From a virus: a DNA stretch of 64,000 bases. Shown here one piece after another: positions 28,217 to 37,837 of this stretch; position 1 is the stretch's first letter, and the number at the start of each line of letters is the position of its first letter. Below the pieces are notes generated by a model that had not been told where the DNA came from, made no database searches, and saw only the letters and a list, made by a program, of their open reading frames with translations. Location: IMG/VR virus record IMGVR_UViG_3300013102_000005, positions 1 through 64,000 of that record. One strand, 5' to 3'. Position numbers and translations under genes: made by a program.

Positions 28217-29781
28217 TACTCGTCCCCTTCCGCGCTGTTGGCGGAGAAATCGGTGTTGTCGTCGTTGTAGCCGGGCATGCCGAAGCCGCCGCCCTGGGCG
28301 TCAGCCGGCGGCTTGGCATCCTTCAAGCCCTTGGCCAGCTGTTTGGCGTAGTCCTCGTCGAGCCGCATGCTCCTGACCATGAAGGCCACCACGGCCGCCT
28401 CGGGCATGCCGGTCTCGCGCAGCTGCTGCATGACCTGCACCTCCACGGCGGCGGCGTTGGTGGAGCGCTCGCGGGTCTCCTGCTGTTCGCGGTCCAGCGC
28501 CGAGGTCGCGCCGAAGAAATTGAAGTCGTAGGGGCGGTCGCCCGGATCGAAGCACCAGCCGTATTTGGTCAGCGTGTGCACGTCCACGACGTGGTTGAAG
28601 CACTCCGTCAGGGCGGTGCGGATGATGTCGGCCTTCTCCGCCGCCTGAACCGAGGTACGGAAGAACCCCCCCTCACCCAGGCCGCCGGCCAGCTGGTCGG
28701 CGAAACCCAGCAGCGCAAGGTCGGTGCCGAGGGCGCCGGCGGTCAGCCGGGCCTGGATCATCACGTCCTCGATGCTGATGGTTCCGGTAGCCGCCGAGCC
28801 CTGGAACTGGGAGACGGTGGTGATCCCCTTGTCGCCCTTGATGGGCATCAGGTGGGTGATGCGGCCGGAGGGGAACTCACCCCGCTCGACCAGGCGACGC
28901 ATGTGGTCCCGCGAGCGCTGGAGCATCTTGGCCACGGCGCCCTTGGCCATTTCCGCCTGCTCCTTGGTCATGCCCTCGGTGTTGATGGTCATCAGGCTCT
29001 CGTCCATGGAGCCCAGGATGCGGTTGGAGACCAGGCCGGCCAGGGAGGCATGCAGGCGCCGCCAGGGTACTTCGGCGGGATCCAGGAAGCTGCCACCGAC
29101 CAGCGAGGGCAGGTGCGGCCACTTCTCCGGGTCGTCTTCGAGCAGCTGGAGCCGCTCGGCCTGCTCCTGGGCGCGGACCTGCGGCACATAGTTCATCCGC
29201 TTCATCTTGCAGCGCGCCATCTGCAAGACAGTCAGCTTCTGCACGCCCTTCTTGCCGCCGGTGAGCACATAGCCGGTCGTGGTGTCGGCCTGCTCGTAAG
29301 GCTGCACCAGAGGCGACCAGATGCCTTCGCCGCCATAGACGCCGATCACGCCCTCACCGGGGCGGCGGAAGATGCGTAGGTAGCCATCGCCGAAGCCCGA
29401 CGCGCGGAACGCCAGGGCGTGGGCCTCACGATTGAGCAGCGGGAGCAAGGCCTTGCCGATCTCCTCCACCACCTTGCGATCGGCGGCCTTGGCGCTGGCC
29501 TTGACCTCCATGAACACCGTGTCGCCACTGGTCTCGTGGCCGCCCAGGGCGTGGGTGACATGGGAGCGCAGCGCGGTGCTGATGATCGGGTCGCCCATCA
29601 TCAGGTGCCACAGCTCGTAGATCTGGATGCGGTTGCGCGCTGGCACGCTGCTGGAGCCCAGCAGCATGGAGGTGGTGATGCCGTCGTAGCCCCACCCCTC
29701 GTTCTCGTTGATCTTTTCGGCGGCTTCGGCCACGCCCAGCATGCGCTTGGCGAAGCCCTTCAAGGTTGTATCTGCTGCCAT
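28216..29781 (-). CDS. Portal protein (P1 Prt-like)
   Basis: LGFADQLAGGLGEGGFFRTS motif; 521 aa. Confidence 0.8.
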   Translation of the reverse strand: MAADTTLKGFAKRMLGVAEAAEKINENEGWGYDGITTSMLLGSSSVPARNRIQIYELWHLMMGDPIISTALRSHVTHALGGHETSGDTVFMEVKASAKAADRKVVEEIGKALLPLLNREAHALAFRASGFGDGYLRIFRRPGEGVIGVYGGEGIWSPLVQPYEQADTTTGYVLTGGKKGVQKLTVLQMARCKMKRMNYVPQVRAQEQAERLQLLEDDPEKWPHLPSLVGGSFLDPAEVPWRRLHASLAGLVSNRILGSMDESLMTINTEGMTKEQAEMAKGAVAKMLQRSRDHMRRLVERGEFPSGRITHLMPIKGDKGITTVSQFQGSAATGTISIEDVMIQARLTAGALGTDLALLGFADQLAGGLGEGGFFRTSVQAAEKADIIRTALTECFNHVVDVHTLTKYGWCFDPGDRPYDFNFFGATSALDREQQETRERSTNAAAVEVQVMQQLRETGMPEAAVVAFMVRSMRLDEDYAKQLAKGLKDAKPPADAQGGGFGMPGYNDDNTDFSANSAEGDE

Positions 29782-29817
29782 GGAATGCTCGGCATAGGCC
29801 CAAAGTAGGATGGGCCG

Positions 29818-29860
29818 ATGGTAGGGGGCGCCAGGGGGCGTCCTCGGCCGAGCTTTCCGA
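29818..29860 (-). promoter_or_regulatory. Late promoter element TCGGAAA-N30-TACCAT
   Basis: TTTCCGA 29854-29860; atggta 29818-29823. Confidence 0.8.
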
Positions 29861-29862
29861 TG

Positions 29863-30342
29863 TCAGATGCCGGTGAGTTCGTCCTGGCGCGGCTGCACCA
29901 GGTACTTGGTGACATAGGGGGGAATGGCGGACGGCGAGGTCCGGCCGACCACCTCGTAGGGGATGATCATTCCGTTGCCAGGGAAGACGTCGAAGCGGTC
30001 GTGCTTCTTGATCTCGAACGCGCCCTCGGTGAGCGGCTCGATCTGACATTCCATGACGCCCTCGCTGTAGGTGACGCCGTCGTCGCTGTCGATCAGGTTG
30101 TTATCGCCTTGGTAGACGCCCATGAACAGCACCTTGGCATCGCCCAGCTCGGGATAGGTGTAGGCCGCCTCGTCCTCGCTATCGAGCACGCCGACGCCGC
30201 CCATGTCGGGCAGGCCGCCTACCACCTCCTCGGAGGTGCGCAGTACCTGCTTACGGTAGACCGTGCAGGCCATGCTGTTGGGATGGCGCAGGGTCACCTG
30301 GCGCTGGCCACGCTGGGCCTGGATGGAGACGTTCGACAGCAT
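29863..30342 (-). CDS. Head-tail joining/neck protein (putative)
   Basis: 159 aa, GGAG RBS, position in morphogenesis cluster. Confidence 0.5.
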   Translation of the reverse strand: MLSNVSIQAQRGQRQVTLRHPNSMACTVYRKQVLRTSEEVVGGLPDMGGVGVLDSEDEAAYTYPELGDAKVLFMGVYQGDNNLIDSDDGVTYSEGVMECQIEPLTEGAFEIKKHDRFDVFPGNGMIIPYEVVGRTSPSAIPPYVTKYLVQPRQDELTGI

Positions 30343-30351
30343 GGGGACTCC

Positions 30352-31401
30352 TTAGCCTGCGGTCTTGGTGGCGGCCAGTGCGGCCTGCGCCTGGGCCTCG
30401 GAAAAGCCCATGCTCATCAGCTGCTGGATGAACTTGGCATCGGGCACGGGCGCCTTGGCGGCGGCTTTCTTGGCCGAGTTGGCGCGTTGCTGGCGCTGGG
30501 CCTCCAACTGACGCTGGTAACCGGGCTGAGCCTGGCGTTGCTTGCGCTTCTCGTCGCTGGTCTTGAGCTGCCGGGTACGCGATCGCTCGCCCTTCATCTG
30601 CTCGGCCAGGGCGTGCATCTGCTGCAAGCTGATGCGCTTCTGTTTCGTGCTGACCTGATTGCGCTCGGACTCGATCATCCGGGCCACGTAGTTGCGCATG
30701 GCCGCCGACTGCGACAGGGCGGTCACGGTGCGCAGGATGTGCTTGCAGGCCAGGCCGTGCAGGTTCGGGTTGCGGACCTTTGGGAACGCCGATTCCCGGT
30801 GCCTGGCGTCGGCGTTGTAGTTGCCGGCGGTGGCCATGTAGGCGTACCAGAAGCGCCAGCGCTCGCAGTCGCAGGAGATCGATACCGCCCCCTTGAGGAG
30901 CGGGCCGACGATCTCGCTTGCCGGCTTGGGCGAGACAACGTAGGCCTCAAAGTCGCGCAGCTTGACCGTCACGTAGTGGCGGCTCTTCTTCGACTCAGGC
31001 CCGGCGTTGGTCATGAACCGCAGTTCGCCGCCGCGCAAGGTGTGGGGCATCGCTTGATGGATCTGGGAGCGCGCTCGCTCGCGATCCTCGGCCAGGGACA
31101 TGTCGATCACGTCCTTGATCTTGACCCCGCCCTTGTACTTGTTCTGGAGCCGGTCGCGCTGGCGCGTGAACTCCAGCAGGTCGTCCATGGTGAGCGGTCG
31201 GGCCTTGCCGCCGCGCGTGGTGATGTAGCGCCACAGCGTGCCGGCGTCGGCCTTGCCGTTGAGGATGTCGTCGGGGTTGAGCAGCGTGCCGGATTGGCTG
31301 CGTACCGCATTGTCCTGCTTGAACTGGCGGCTCTGCTCGGCCAGGCCCTGCTGGGCACTGACGGCGTTCGGGTCCCGGCGCTTCACCGGTGCCTTGGCCA
31401 C
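30352..31401 (-). CDS. SWIM-type zinc-finger phage morphogenesis protein
   Basis: ISCDCERWRFWY...RNPNLHGLACKH. Confidence 0.65.
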   Translation of the reverse strand: MAKAPVKRRDPNAVSAQQGLAEQSRQFKQDNAVRSQSGTLLNPDDILNGKADAGTLWRYITTRGGKARPLTMDDLLEFTRQRDRLQNKYKGGVKIKDVIDMSLAEDRERARSQIHQAMPHTLRGGELRFMTNAGPESKKSRHYVTVKLRDFEAYVVSPKPASEIVGPLLKGAVSISCDCERWRFWYAYMATAGNYNADARHRESAFPKVRNPNLHGLACKHILRTVTALSQSAAMRNYVARMIESERNQVSTKQKRISLQQMHALAEQMKGERSRTRQLKTSDEKRKQRQAQPGYQRQLEAQRQQRANSAKKAAAKAPVPDAKFIQQLMSMGFSEAQAQAALAATKTAG

Positions 31402-31402
31402 G

Positions 31403-31699
31403 TCAGCGCACCGACCGCGCGGAGGTGCTGGCGAAGCTGGTCATCTGCTTGAAGGCGAGCAACTGGGCGGGCGTAGGCAGCACCAGGCGGCGCTGGGTCA
31501 GTTCCTGGAACGGATGGTCGATGCCGGCAGCCGCGATAACGGCCAGGTACTCATCGCGCGTGCCATAGACGCGCTGGCTGACGAGGGTGGCGTCCCAGCG
31601 CTCGTCGGGCTGGGTGTCGTAGCGAATCGCTTCCTGCCAATCCTTGCGGGTGGCAGCGAACTCGCGGACCTTGCGGTAGAACTGGCTGGATTCAATCAT
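31403..31699 (-). CDS. Small tail/baseplate protein (tail-X/LysM-like)
   Basis: PDERWDATLVSQRVYG...LVLPT. Confidence 0.55.
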   Translation of the reverse strand: MIESSQFYRKVREFAATRKDWQEAIRYDTQPDERWDATLVSQRVYGTRDEYLAVIAAAGIDHPFQELTQRRLVLPTPAQLLAFKQMTSFASTSARSVR

Positions 31700-31705
31700 G
31701 CCGCC

Positions 31706-31748
31706 ACTATGTCGCGGCGGCAGAGGCCTATCTGGCGGCGGTTTCCGA
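31706..31748 (-). promoter_or_regulatory. Late promoter element TCGGAAA-N30-CATAGT
   Basis: TTTCCGA 31742-31748; actatg 31706-31711. Confidence 0.8.
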
Positions 31749-32186
31749 AGGTGGCGCGTCGTCGCGGATCCGCTTCACCGCAGCGCTTATCCGGCGCAGA
31801 TGCCGCCTGGGTACGAACCAACGGCCTTCGAGATCTCCCAGGTAAGCCAGCAGCAAGCGGATGCCGATCTGCTCGCCGCGCCGGTAGAGCACGTCCTGCA
31901 TGCGCTCGGCATGTCCTACACGCTCGGCTAGCCTGCGGGCACCCAGTAGGGGATGGGGGCCGCCGACGACGTCGTGGATGCGCGTGAGCTCCAGCTGGAG
32001 GCTGGCCACCCGCGTGCGCAATTCCAGATTCAAGGTATCCGCCGTGGCCAGCTTGGCGCGCTCTGCGCGCAGCTTGCTGCGAAGCTCGGCGGCGCAGTCA
32101 TGGCCCATGGGCTGGAGCGGGTGACGCGGGAACTCGCAAATCGGGCAGACGGTGACGCCTGGATCCAGCGGGGCCGGTTTCGTCAT
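31728..32186 (-). CDS. Hypothetical protein (CxxC, coiled coil)
   Basis: AAGGA RBS before MTKPAP. Confidence 0.5.
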   Translation of the reverse strand: MTKPAPLDPGVTVCPICEFPRHPLQPMGHDCAAELRSKLRAERAKLATADTLNLELRTRVASLQLELTRIHDVVGGPHPLLGARRLAERVGHAERMQDVLYRRGEQIGIRLLLAYLGDLEGRWFVPRRHLRRISAAVKRIRDDAPPSETAAR

Positions 32187-32235
32187 GATGGTGTCCTTGA
32201 CTGCGCTACAGGCTAGCAAGCGGCTAGCAGGTGAT

Positions 32236-32469
32236 TTATTGCAGCAGATGCTGCGGCACGAACTCGACGCGGACCTCTCGTCCCTGCACCGTCCATATCG
32301 CCGGGGTGCCGTTGTCTTGGGTGGTCGCCGGCCGGCCCGTCTGGGTCAGCTTGATAGCCTCGCCAGGGGCGAAAGGATCAGTGCCAGTAAGGGCGCAGAT
32401 GGCCAGATAGGGGGAGGCTTCGTGGACGTGGCTGACGGCTTGGCCATCCGTGATGCGGTACTGCTGCAT
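32236..32469 (-). CDS. Hypothetical protein
   Basis: 77 aa ORF behind tandem operators. Confidence 0.5.
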   Translation of the reverse strand: MQQYRITDGQAVSHVHEASPYLAICALTGTDPFAPGEAIKLTQTGRPATTQDNGTPAIWTVQGREVRVEFVPQHLLQ

Positions 32470-32515
32470 GGTGGTGTCCCTGGAATCTAGTTGGTCTGTG
32501 TACTAGATCACATTG

Positions 32516-32551
32516 TAGCAGTTGATAAAATTTAAAATCTATCGCCTGCTA
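32516..32551. promoter_or_regulatory. Tandem operators TAGCA-GT-TGATA and TATCG-CC-TGCTA
   Basis: 32516-32527 and 32540-32551 in an AT-rich intergenic region. Confidence 0.6.
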
Positions 32552-32556
32552 CAAAT

Positions 32557-34095
32557 CTACCGGATGCCCATGGCCGCCAGGGTCCTCGCCACCGCGTCGT
32601 CCTTGCGCTCGGAGACGGCCAGCACCTGCACGTCCTCGCTCTGGATGTAATGGGCGTTCTCCAGGAAGGCAAAGGCGATGGTGTCCCAGATGTCAGGGGA
32701 GGGCAGGCCTTCCTTCTGCTGCATGTCGATCTTGCTCATCAGCTGCCACCGGCCTTTCTCGTCGAAACCGAAGGGGATGCGTGAGCCTTGGTCGAGCATG
32801 TCGTTCTGCTGGGCATCGCAGAAGCTGATTCGGTTGTTGTCCACGGCCAGTTTCAGGTGCACGTTGCACTGGGCCCGCTGGTTGATGAAGCGCTCGCGGT
32901 ATTCTTTGCGGAAGTTCGGCACGCCCCAGCTCACGTTGGTGATCAGGGGTACGCCCAGGCGCTCCAGCATCTTGGCGAACTGGATGCCCTGGCCACCGAC
33001 GTCCACCAGCACGGTGCAGTTCGAGTATTTGGCAGCCTCCAGCGCCACCATGGCCGCCGCGTCCGTCCAGTCCCGGCTGTTGGTGTAGATCGGGATGTCC
33101 AGGACGTCCACCCGCCTGGGCTCGGGCGCCTCCGACCCGCCCTGGCCGATGACCCGCACGAGGGTGCCCACCGTCTTGTCGCGGTAGACGCCGCCGCCCA
33201 CGTCCACCAGCAGGAAGTAGCCGTAGGGCTCGTCCTCGCCGATCACGCGATGCTCCTCGCCGATCAGGCGCTCGATGGAGCGCCGGCCGAGCAGGTACTT
33301 GTCGGAATGCTCGGGGAACCGACCCTGGACCTTGACCTGGTACTCCACGGAGTCGCGGCTGCCGTACTCCAGCGCCTTGTCGCGGATGAACTCGTCCGAA
33401 ACGATGGGCGAGTCCTCGGAGTTGAACACGAGGCTCGTCCAGAGCCCTCCGTTGCGTACCGCCCACTTGTGATGGGTCTCGTAGAAGAAGCCCGACCCCC
33501 GGGTAGGCTGGCTGGCCAGCGCAAAGCGGTTGCGCTTGTCGGTCAGGGCGCCGGCGATGACCTTGAGGTTCGCGTCGGGGATACCCGAAGCCTCGTCACC
33601 CAGCCACAGCAGGTAGTTGCCGTGCGTACCGGCCATGTTCTCCGGCGAGCCGCGCGGTGCCGTCCGGCAGGTGATGAACCAGCGCATGCTGGCGCCTTTG
33701 ACGTAGACCTTCTTCGCCTTGATCTCGAAGTATTCGGCCACCCAGCCCTGCGGGCCCTGCTCGATCACCTCCTTGAGGGTCGAGAACTCTTTCCAGATGC
33801 CTTCCGACAGGGTGTTGAGCTTGGGCGCGGTCAGGTAGGTGTTGCTGTCCGCGTAGCAGAGCAGGTGCCACAGGGCGATGACGGCAAAGGAGCGGGTCTT
33901 GCCCGTACCGTGACCGGACGACACTGAGGTGCGCGAGCCGAAGGGGGAGACACTGTTGAACAGGTCCACCTGCTGCCAGGTGATCGAGGTCATGCCGCAG
34001 ACCTCTACGGCGAAGCGCGCCGCATCCATCGCATAGCGCTCGGCGAAGGCCTTCCAGCGGACATCGGCCGAGAGGGCCCGGATCTTCTTAGCCAC
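32557..34095 (-). CDS. pacB: Terminase large subunit (P1 PacB-like)
   Basis: SGHGTGKT Walker A, WLGDEASG Walker B, VDVGGG and SPDIWD RNase H motifs. Confidence 0.9.
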   Translation of the reverse strand: MAKKIRALSADVRWKAFAERYAMDAARFAVEVCGMTSITWQQVDLFNSVSPFGSRTSVSSGHGTGKTRSFAVIALWHLLCYADSNTYLTAPKLNTLSEGIWKEFSTLKEVIEQGPQGWVAEYFEIKAKKVYVKGASMRWFITCRTAPRGSPENMAGTHGNYLLWLGDEASGIPDANLKVIAGALTDKRNRFALASQPTRGSGFFYETHHKWAVRNGGLWTSLVFNSEDSPIVSDEFIRDKALEYGSRDSVEYQVKVQGRFPEHSDKYLLGRRSIERLIGEEHRVIGEDEPYGYFLLVDVGGGVYRDKTVGTLVRVIGQGGSEAPEPRRVDVLDIPIYTNSRDWTDAAAMVALEAAKYSNCTVLVDVGGQGIQFAKMLERLGVPLITNVSWGVPNFRKEYRERFINQRAQCNVHLKLAVDNNRISFCDAQQNDMLDQGSRIPFGFDEKGRWQLMSKIDMQQKEGLPSPDIWDTIAFAFLENAHYIQSEDVQVLAVSERKDDAVARTLAAMGIR

Positions 34096-34249
34096 GCGCG
34101 CGCTCCGCCTTGAGGCGCGCCAGGGCCTGCTCGATGAGTTCCAGCGAGGTGGCGGCTACCAGCATCGTCAGGCAGTCCTGGGCGACGGTCAGCTGGTGGT
34201 CGTCGATAGCGGCGGCCTGAGCGCGGCGCCGGCGCTTGGCTTTAGGCAT
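34088..34249 (-). CDS. 53-aa protein overlapping the terminase start
   Basis: Manual translation MPKAKRRRRAQAAAIDDHQLTVAQDCLTMLVAATSLELIEQALARLKAERARG*. Confidence 0.55.
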   Translation of the reverse strand: MPKAKRRRRAQAAAIDDHQLTVAQDCLTMLVAATSLELIEQALARLKAERARG

Positions 34250-34277
34250 GATGTGGGTATCCAGAAAAAGTCAGGAA

Positions 34278-34320
34278 ACCCTACTGGCGCCCAGATAAGG
34301 GCTAGCTGTTCACTTTCCCA
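34278..34320 (-). promoter_or_regulatory. Late promoter element TGGGAAA-N30-TAGGGT
   Basis: TTTCCCA 34314-34320; acccta 34278-34283. Confidence 0.7.
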
Positions 34321-34395
34321 TCCAAGCGCTTCGGCAAGATGATTACTGCTGGTATGCTCGCAGTATTAACTCATGCAGGCCAGGATCGCAAAGTA

Positions 34396-35307
34396 ATGAT
34401 GTATATAGAAGAGCTGGCATTTAACAGCGTGGAAGAACTACTTAATCATGTGGTTCCATGGGGTTCTAACCCAGAACTCGACGGTTATATTTTTCGAGGG
34501 CATAGCCAGGAGTCGTATCTACTGGTGCCGCTTGCACTTCGGTCTGACAAATTGGATTTGCTATGCAACGCGGCTGGTTTCACTATAAATGATAAGCGTG
34601 AAATGAACCTTTTCGACCAGGTGCAAGCCGAATATCAAATATTGAGGAGATTCTATCGCTTGGCAGACCAGAGGGGATTGCCTGTTCCGATCAGTACTCG
34701 CATTCGCGAAGATCTGGCATCAAAATCCTCGTCAATCATGAATTTCAAAGCCAAGCACACTGATACTTGGATTCCACCGGACCTGCATGAAGCAGCGGCA
34801 CTAGCCCAGCATTATGGTATGCCCACCAGACTTCTCGATTGGACATACGACATTTTTGTAGCGATGCATTTTGCATTCAAAGGTGCGATTAAAAAGGAGG
34901 ATAACCTTTGTATCTGGGCGCTAAATATGGCCCACCTTTCGTGGCTAACTCCAACTGTAGAGGCTGTAGGTGTTGACTTCGTGACTCCTCATTATGCCGG
35001 CAATCCGCATTTAAACGCCCAAAAAGGCCTGTTTACTCACATGCCTAGTTTTTTCCCCCATACTGTACAGATCCATCATGATGTAAATAACGTCGAAAAA
35101 ATAACTGGGCCAATCGATAGAGCGCCATTTGACGAAACGCTACGGGGGCGATTTGCCAATATAGAAGAAAATATATTTAAGAAATTCATATTGCCTTGCT
35201 CTGAGGCCAAGAAGGGGCTCCAGATACTGGACAACCTAGGCTATGACGAGTCTAGGATATATCCAGGGTATAAAGGTGTAGCTAATCAGCTGCTACACCC
35301 TAATTAA
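34396..35307 (+). CDS. FRG domain protein
   Basis: IFRGHS, LAQHYGMPTRLLDWT, NAQKGLF motifs; AT-rich. Confidence 0.9.
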   Translation: MMYIEELAFNSVEELLNHVVPWGSNPELDGYIFRGHSQESYLLVPLALRSDKLDLLCNAAGFTINDKREMNLFDQVQAEYQILRRFYRLADQRGLPVPISTRIREDLASKSSSIMNFKAKHTDTWIPPDLHEAAALAQHYGMPTRLLDWTYDIFVAMHFAFKGAIKKEDNLCIWALNMAHLSWLTPTVEAVGVDFVTPHYAGNPHLNAQKGLFTHMPSFFPHTVQIHHDVNNVEKITGPIDRAPFDETLRGRFANIEENIFKKFILPCSEAKKGLQILDNLGYDESRIYPGYKGVANQLLHPN

Positions 35308-35856
35308 GCTACTCAGCCAGCCGGCTATTGCTGCACTAATAGTCTGTGCACGCTCATATGTCTCGGCAGGAAATGCAAGGTATAGCGATCCCCAGATAGC
35401 TAATACAGCAGACATTACACTGTAGCCCGCCCCTTGCGCCAGAACCCTTGGCAATGTGACTTCGTCATGATATTGAATTTGGGCTAGGCAGCTATCGACC
35501 CTGGCTCTATTTATTTTATAAAGCATTTCGAAACGCGCCTTGTCCTCATCAACTACCTTTCTTAGCTCTTCAATGTCTTTAGTAATCTGTGCAAGCGGAT
35601 TTTTTGTATTAATGCCCATCAGGCTTGCGGTATATCTGAACGTATAGGACGGCGCGTCATTCCACTCCGGTAGGTATTCTTCAAACTTCGCATCTTTTGC
35701 AGATCTCGCCTTGATAGCATTGCGGGCTGCCAGATAAATAGTAATCGCCGAAGAGATTCCTACCAGCAACATTCCATACGCGAGAAAGTAATTATTGGGG
35801 AATAGGCCAAGCACGACCGTTCCAACTAGCACAGATATGAATGCGAGAACGGCCAT
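35293..35856 (-). CDS. AT-rich membrane protein (3 predicted TM segments)
   Basis: Two N-terminal and one C-terminal hydrophobic segments; convergent with FRG gene. Confidence 0.6.
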   Translation of the reverse strand: MAVLAFISVLVGTVVLGLFPNNYFLAYGMLLVGISSAITIYLAARNAIKARSAKDAKFEEYLPEWNDAPSYTFRYTASLMGINTKNPLAQITKDIEELRKVVDEDKARFEMLYKINRARVDSCLAQIQYHDEVTLPRVLAQGAGYSVMSAVLAIWGSLYLAFPAETYERAQTISAAIAGWLSSLIRV

Positions 35857-35900
35857 GAATGGTTATCCATTGAGGAGGCAGGACGGGCCCGCACTGTATC

Positions 35901-36290
35901 TCACAGGGCGGGTTGGGCGACACGGTAACGACCGCGCTTTTTACCACCAGGTGGTTGGTAGGCTGCGCAGCATGCCTTGCAGTGGGCCCGCACACGCGTG
36001 ACCACACCTTTGACCCTCACCAGACCGAAGAACTCGCCGTCGTTCGGCCACCACTCCTGGCACTGGGTGCAGAGCTTTTCCTCACCGTACTCGGCCTGGC
36101 GCATCTGGGGCACGGTCGCCCGTTTGCGCCGGCGGCCGTTGGCCTTGGTCGGCTCCCGCACGGGCTCATCCGGCGGGGTTTCTGGCCACTCCATTTCCAG
36201 CACCAGCCGGTCGCGCTGCTCGCGCTCGAACCGGTAGAGGATGGCGAAGATGGGATCGCCCTGGAATGGCGTGGAGGCGAGCATCTGCAT
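35901..36290 (-). CDS. Zinc-ribbon protein
   Basis: CTQCQEW...CKAC. Confidence 0.55.
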   Translation of the reverse strand: MQMLASTPFQGDPIFAILYRFEREQRDRLVLEMEWPETPPDEPVREPTKANGRRRKRATVPQMRQAEYGEEKLCTQCQEWWPNDGEFFGLVRVKGVVTRVRAHCKACCAAYQPPGGKKRGRYRVAQPAL

Positions 36291-36293
36291 GGC

Positions 36294-36755
36294 TCACCCC
36301 TTGGCGCCGAGGTAGGCCCGGCAGGCCTGGCCAGCTCGCACGCACAGCTCCAGATCGAACAGCCCGAAGTGGCACCGGTCGGGCGTCAGCCCCAGCTGCT
36401 CGGCAAGCCAGCGATAGGCCGCGCTTCTGGAGAGGTGCCCATCCCGCCAGATCAGCTCAAAGGGCGCCTTGTGCAGCTCGCGAGCCTTGCGTAGGGACTC
36501 ATCGGCCAGGGTGCCCAGCGGCAGATTGGTGGAGGGGTGAAGCCCTACCCGTGCATCGCACCCGGTGCAGCCGTAGACCCAGGGCCAGTCGCCGTAGCTG
36601 CGGCCGTTGTAGATGTCGTGGTGATGCTTGATCACCACCGCTCCACCGCAGCAGGGACACACAGTCGGGATGGCCAACGGGTCTTTCACCCGCGCGATCG
36701 CCCGCCGACTCGGATTGCTGGGCGTCTTGACCGCCGACGCGACCTCACTGCTCAT
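36294..36755 (-). CDS. DUF3268-family zinc-finger protein
   Basis: CPCC, CTGCDARVGLHP..PLGTLAD, AYRWLA, CHFG. Confidence 0.85.
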   Translation of the reverse strand: MSSEVASAVKTPSNPSRRAIARVKDPLAIPTVCPCCGGAVVIKHHHDIYNGRSYGDWPWVYGCTGCDARVGLHPSTNLPLGTLADESLRKARELHKAPFELIWRDGHLSRSAAYRWLAEQLGLTPDRCHFGLFDLELCVRAGQACRAYLGAKG

Positions 36756-37728
36756 CGCCGTCCTCCCGCGCCTTCTCGGCTGCCTTGAGCTCGGCCTTGC
36801 GCCGGTTCTCCTCGTGGGTTTCGCGCACGTGCCGGGCCGTGGCCACCACCGCATTGAGCGAGCGGATGGTCAGGGGCACCGTCATGCTGCCCAGGACCGT
36901 CTCACCGGTGCGGTAGCGCTCCACCTGCTCCAGGATCGACTCGGGCAGCTCGGCCACGAGCTGGAGCGAGGCGGCCAGCAGGTCCTCGGACAGAGCGCGC
37001 GGGATGGCTGGGGGCAGGGCGGGCAGTGCCTTGCGGGTCTTGCGCTCCTCCAGCATCTTGGGAGTGACCTTGGCGCCGCCGGCTTCCTCGCTGATCGTGC
37101 GGATCTCGGCGGCCGCCTCCTCCCCAAATGCTCGAAGGGCCTTCACGGCGGTGCCGGGGGCGATGACGTCCTGGTCGATGAGGTCGCGCACGTCCTCGCC
37201 GCCATGGGCAATCTTGAGCAGCTGCTCCACGTACTGGCGAGAGAACCCCACGAGCTTGGCAATCTGGGCGGCTGGTAGGCCGTCGGTTTCGGCGAAGTCA
37301 CGCACCACATCGGCCAGTTCGACCGGATCCAGCGGCTCCTGGCTCTGGGAGGTGACAATGCGCGCCTTGCACTCCAGCTCGTTGCCGATGAAGGGTTTCA
37401 ACCCGATCAGCGGGATGGTGTAGCCCCAGGACTCCAGCAGGCGCAGCGCACGAATGCGGCGGTGCCCCTCGATCACCTTGAGTCCGCCCTCGGCCCGCGC
37501 CTGGACCTCGATTTGCGGCAGGACGTTGTTGATGTCCACCAGCGTTTTGGTCGCCTTGTCCTTGATCAGGCTGCGAGCGCTGCGCTCGATGCTGGCGTCC
37601 AGCTTGGGACCCTCGCGGCGCTTGTTGAAGCCGGGCGTGAAATGGAACTGGTCCAGGGCGGCAAACATGCCTTTGTCGGTGCGCTTGATGATCTTCTCGT
37701 TGATCATCTTTTGGATCGAATTACTCAT
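36745..37728 (-). CDS. ParB/Spo0J-like protein
   Basis: VIEGHRRIRA ParBc motif followed by HTH (AAQIAKLVGFSRQYVEQLL). Confidence 0.8.
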   Translation of the reverse strand: MSNSIQKMINEKIIKRTDKGMFAALDQFHFTPGFNKRREGPKLDASIERSARSLIKDKATKTLVDINNVLPQIEVQARAEGGLKVIEGHRRIRALRLLESWGYTIPLIGLKPFIGNELECKARIVTSQSQEPLDPVELADVVRDFAETDGLPAAQIAKLVGFSRQYVEQLLKIAHGGEDVRDLIDQDVIAPGTAVKALRAFGEEAAAEIRTISEEAGGAKVTPKMLEERKTRKALPALPPAIPRALSEDLLAASLQLVAELPESILEQVERYRTGETVLGSMTVPLTIRSLNAVVATARHVRETHEENRRKAELKAAEKAREDGDEQ

Positions 37729-37837
37729 ACCTGCTCGCTCCTGAGCGTGCATGCGCGCCAAGGGCGCTGGCCGGCTGCCACGTGATGGATATTGAAAAGC
37801 ACTAGGGGGCTCAGGGCGGGGTCCAGACTGTCTGGAG

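Noticed and set aside
32496-32511. LexA box-like CTGTGTACTAGATCAC
   Set aside because: Right half-site is CAC, not CAG
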